Shown here piece by piece: positions 62,219 through 64,000 of a stretch of 64,000 bases of DNA. Source of the DNA: Octopus sinensis. Its lineage: Eukaryota. Both the position numbers and the translations under genes were made by a program. Below the pieces are notes generated by a model, which did no database searches, was not told the DNA's origin, and was given only the letters and a program-made list of their open reading frames with translations. Where the stretch lies: positions 86,118,001 to 86,182,000 of the forward strand of contig NC_043004.1 in assembly GCF_006345805.1 (NCBI RefSeq), given 5' to 3'. Numbering within the stretch: the stretch's first letter is position 1; each line of letters begins with the position of its first letter.

Positions 62219-62395
62219 TTAGATAGATAGATATACTTTGCGCTTCTTTCAGTTTCCTTCTACCAAATCCACTCACAAAGTATTGGTCGGCCTGAGGCTA
62301 TAGCAGAAGACACTCACTCAAAGTACCATGCAATGAAACTGAACACGAAACTATGTAGGTGGCATAGATACTTCTTTTCCACACAGCCACGTCTA
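61994..62395 (-). mobile_element. SINE family A, diverged, with internal (CA)n(GATA)n
   Basis: cttctttcagtttccttctaccaaatccactcacaaag...cacacagccacg. Confidence 0.8.
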
Positions 62396-62399
62396 AGGC

Positions 62400-62575
62400 G
62401 CACAATCATTAGCGCGTCGGACAAAATACTTAATTGTAGGTCTTCTTGTTCTTTATGTTCTGAATTCAAACTCCGCCGAGATCGACTTTGCTTCTTGTCC
62501 CTTCGAGATCGATAAAATAAGTAGCATTTCAGCCCTGAAATCAATATTATGAACTTACCCCCTTTTCTCCAAAGT
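62400..62575 (+). mobile_element. SINE family B, degenerate
   Basis: gttctgaattcaaactccgccgagatcgactttgc. Confidence 0.7.
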
Positions 62576-63319
62576 TAGAAAGAAATATGACGCACAATTA
62601 TGCTACAAGAGTCAAAATTATTGAAAAGGTTGCAAGACGCAACGAAAATTTTAGAAAAATAAAAAAGAAATAAGTGGGAATTTTACCGGTGTGTGTGTTA
62701 AATTATAAGGGACCAAAAGAGAAAGACTCTCCCCAGACACAACAGAATATGCTGTAAGGATTTCGATATAAACATAACTCGCTTAAAGGCATAACACGTA
62801 AGCCTTTAATGAGTTAACAATATACATAACATAACTAAAAAGCATACAACACATCCAATGACAGATTTTAGTTACAGAAAAAGAGGGCACCTTGAAGGGC
62901 TCTATTACTAATGGTCCCTTAGAATAAGATGTTCAGATTGCAGACACGAACATGTTTTAATGAATGCATGCATAGCTGATAGCTATAAATAGAAAAGGGA
63001 TTCAGCAAAAAGACGTTGGGAAAGAACAAAAGTAAAAATACATAAAACAATGAATAAGGGGGGGGGGTAAACCAAATTATTACATTCACGTCATGCGGTA
63101 ACTTTATACTTGCCGTCTTAATCAACCCTCTTCCCCTCCGTTCATTGTCAAGCTTATAAGACAATTGCTGTTGAAGAATAGGGGTGCTGTAAAAACTAAT
63201 AATCGGGTGATGTGCCGAATAACTCCTCACATAATAAAGCTATAATTTCTCATGTAAAATGATACCCGGACAATAAATAAATAAATAAATGTATAAATAA
63301 ATAAATAACAATGATAATA

Positions 63320-63475
63320 ATCCTCTCTACTATGGGCACAAGGCCTGAAATTTTGGCGGGGGTACCTAGGCAATAATTTCGACCCCAATGCGTAGATGAT
63401 AATTATTTTATCGACCACGAAAAGATAAAAGGCAAGATCAGCCTCAGCAGAATTTGAACTCAGACTGTAAAACCG
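63320..63475 (-). mobile_element. SINE family B, 5'-truncated
   Basis: gggcacaaggcctgaaattttgg...aatttgaactcaga. Confidence 0.75.
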
Positions 63476-63482
63476 TAATCTG

Positions 63483-63650
63483 TAAGGTCATCTGCTGTTT
63501 ACCTTGATTTGAGATCACAATGTCGCGCACATATAGTTGTGACGCATGTGCCTGGTGTACCCTTATAAGACGGGTAGTCATGATGGGTATACTGGGCTTC
63601 GTATATTTTACCCCAGTGTCACTTTGATGGTATGCACTGCCCTCTCACTC

Positions 63651-63690
<40 letters not shown>

Positions 63691-63716
63691 TAATAATAAT
63701 AGTGATGATGATGATA

Positions 63717-63766
<50 letters not shown>

Positions 63767-63770
63767 AAAT
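63483..63770 (+). mobile_element. family D repeat 3' end with (AAT)n(GAT)n tail
   Basis: Aligns with 12390-12556. Confidence 0.85.
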
Positions 63771-63819
63771 ATTAATGTTCATTCATGGTTACTGTTATAA
63801 AACTGGCGCTTTACAATGA

Positions 63820-64000
63820 AGGCATCCCTATGTAGTCGCTTAAGCTGCAGAAAATGGCAGCCAAAATCTTCCTGCCTCAAGTCACACATGAACCTCTAAA
63901 AAAACAAAGGACGAGTGAGTTGGATAATGAGATTCATAGATATATCAAAAGTCGGTATGGTCACAGCCGGAAAGCCTTTGATCTTAGGTTTAACCTAGGG
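63820..64000 (+). mobile_element. dispersed repeat fragment (same family as 2190-2325), runs off the window
   Basis: ctgcagaaaatggcagccaaaatc...ggtatggtcacagccggaaagcctttgatc. Confidence 0.5.

Overview
This is a eukaryotic, AT-rich, gene-poor window. The repeat families and microsatellite density suggest an octopod cephalopod (Octopus-like), but that is inference, not a database result. No intact host protein-coding gene is supported: nearly all long ORFs are translations of (TA/CA/GATA/AAT/GGT/TCA)n repeats. The window is a mosaic of three tRNA-derived SINE families (my labels A, B, C), LINE 3' fragments (CR1/L2-group, two R4/Dong-type REL-endonuclease ends, an RTE C-terminus), Tc1/mariner and pogo-type MITEs, an internally deleted mariner, a non-autonomous Helitron, a 100-N gap and a 1.18-kb tandem duplication that looks like an assembly artefact. 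Three signals stand out. (1) A minimal type-I hammerhead ribozyme motif with an intact core (24801-24846) lies in the 3' part of an element that starts with a tRNA B-box. It faces an inverted, core-mutated sister copy in a ~590-bp fold-back, and four more decayed hammerhead-like motifs occur in unrelated sequence. (2) A ~27-unit, 24-25-bp minisatellite (45440-46215) has the CRE palindrome TGACGTCA as its best-conserved part. (3) A 184-bp SINE-B body unit forms tandem multimers with an invariant junction at several independent loci. Approximate boundaries are marked ~ in the evidence.
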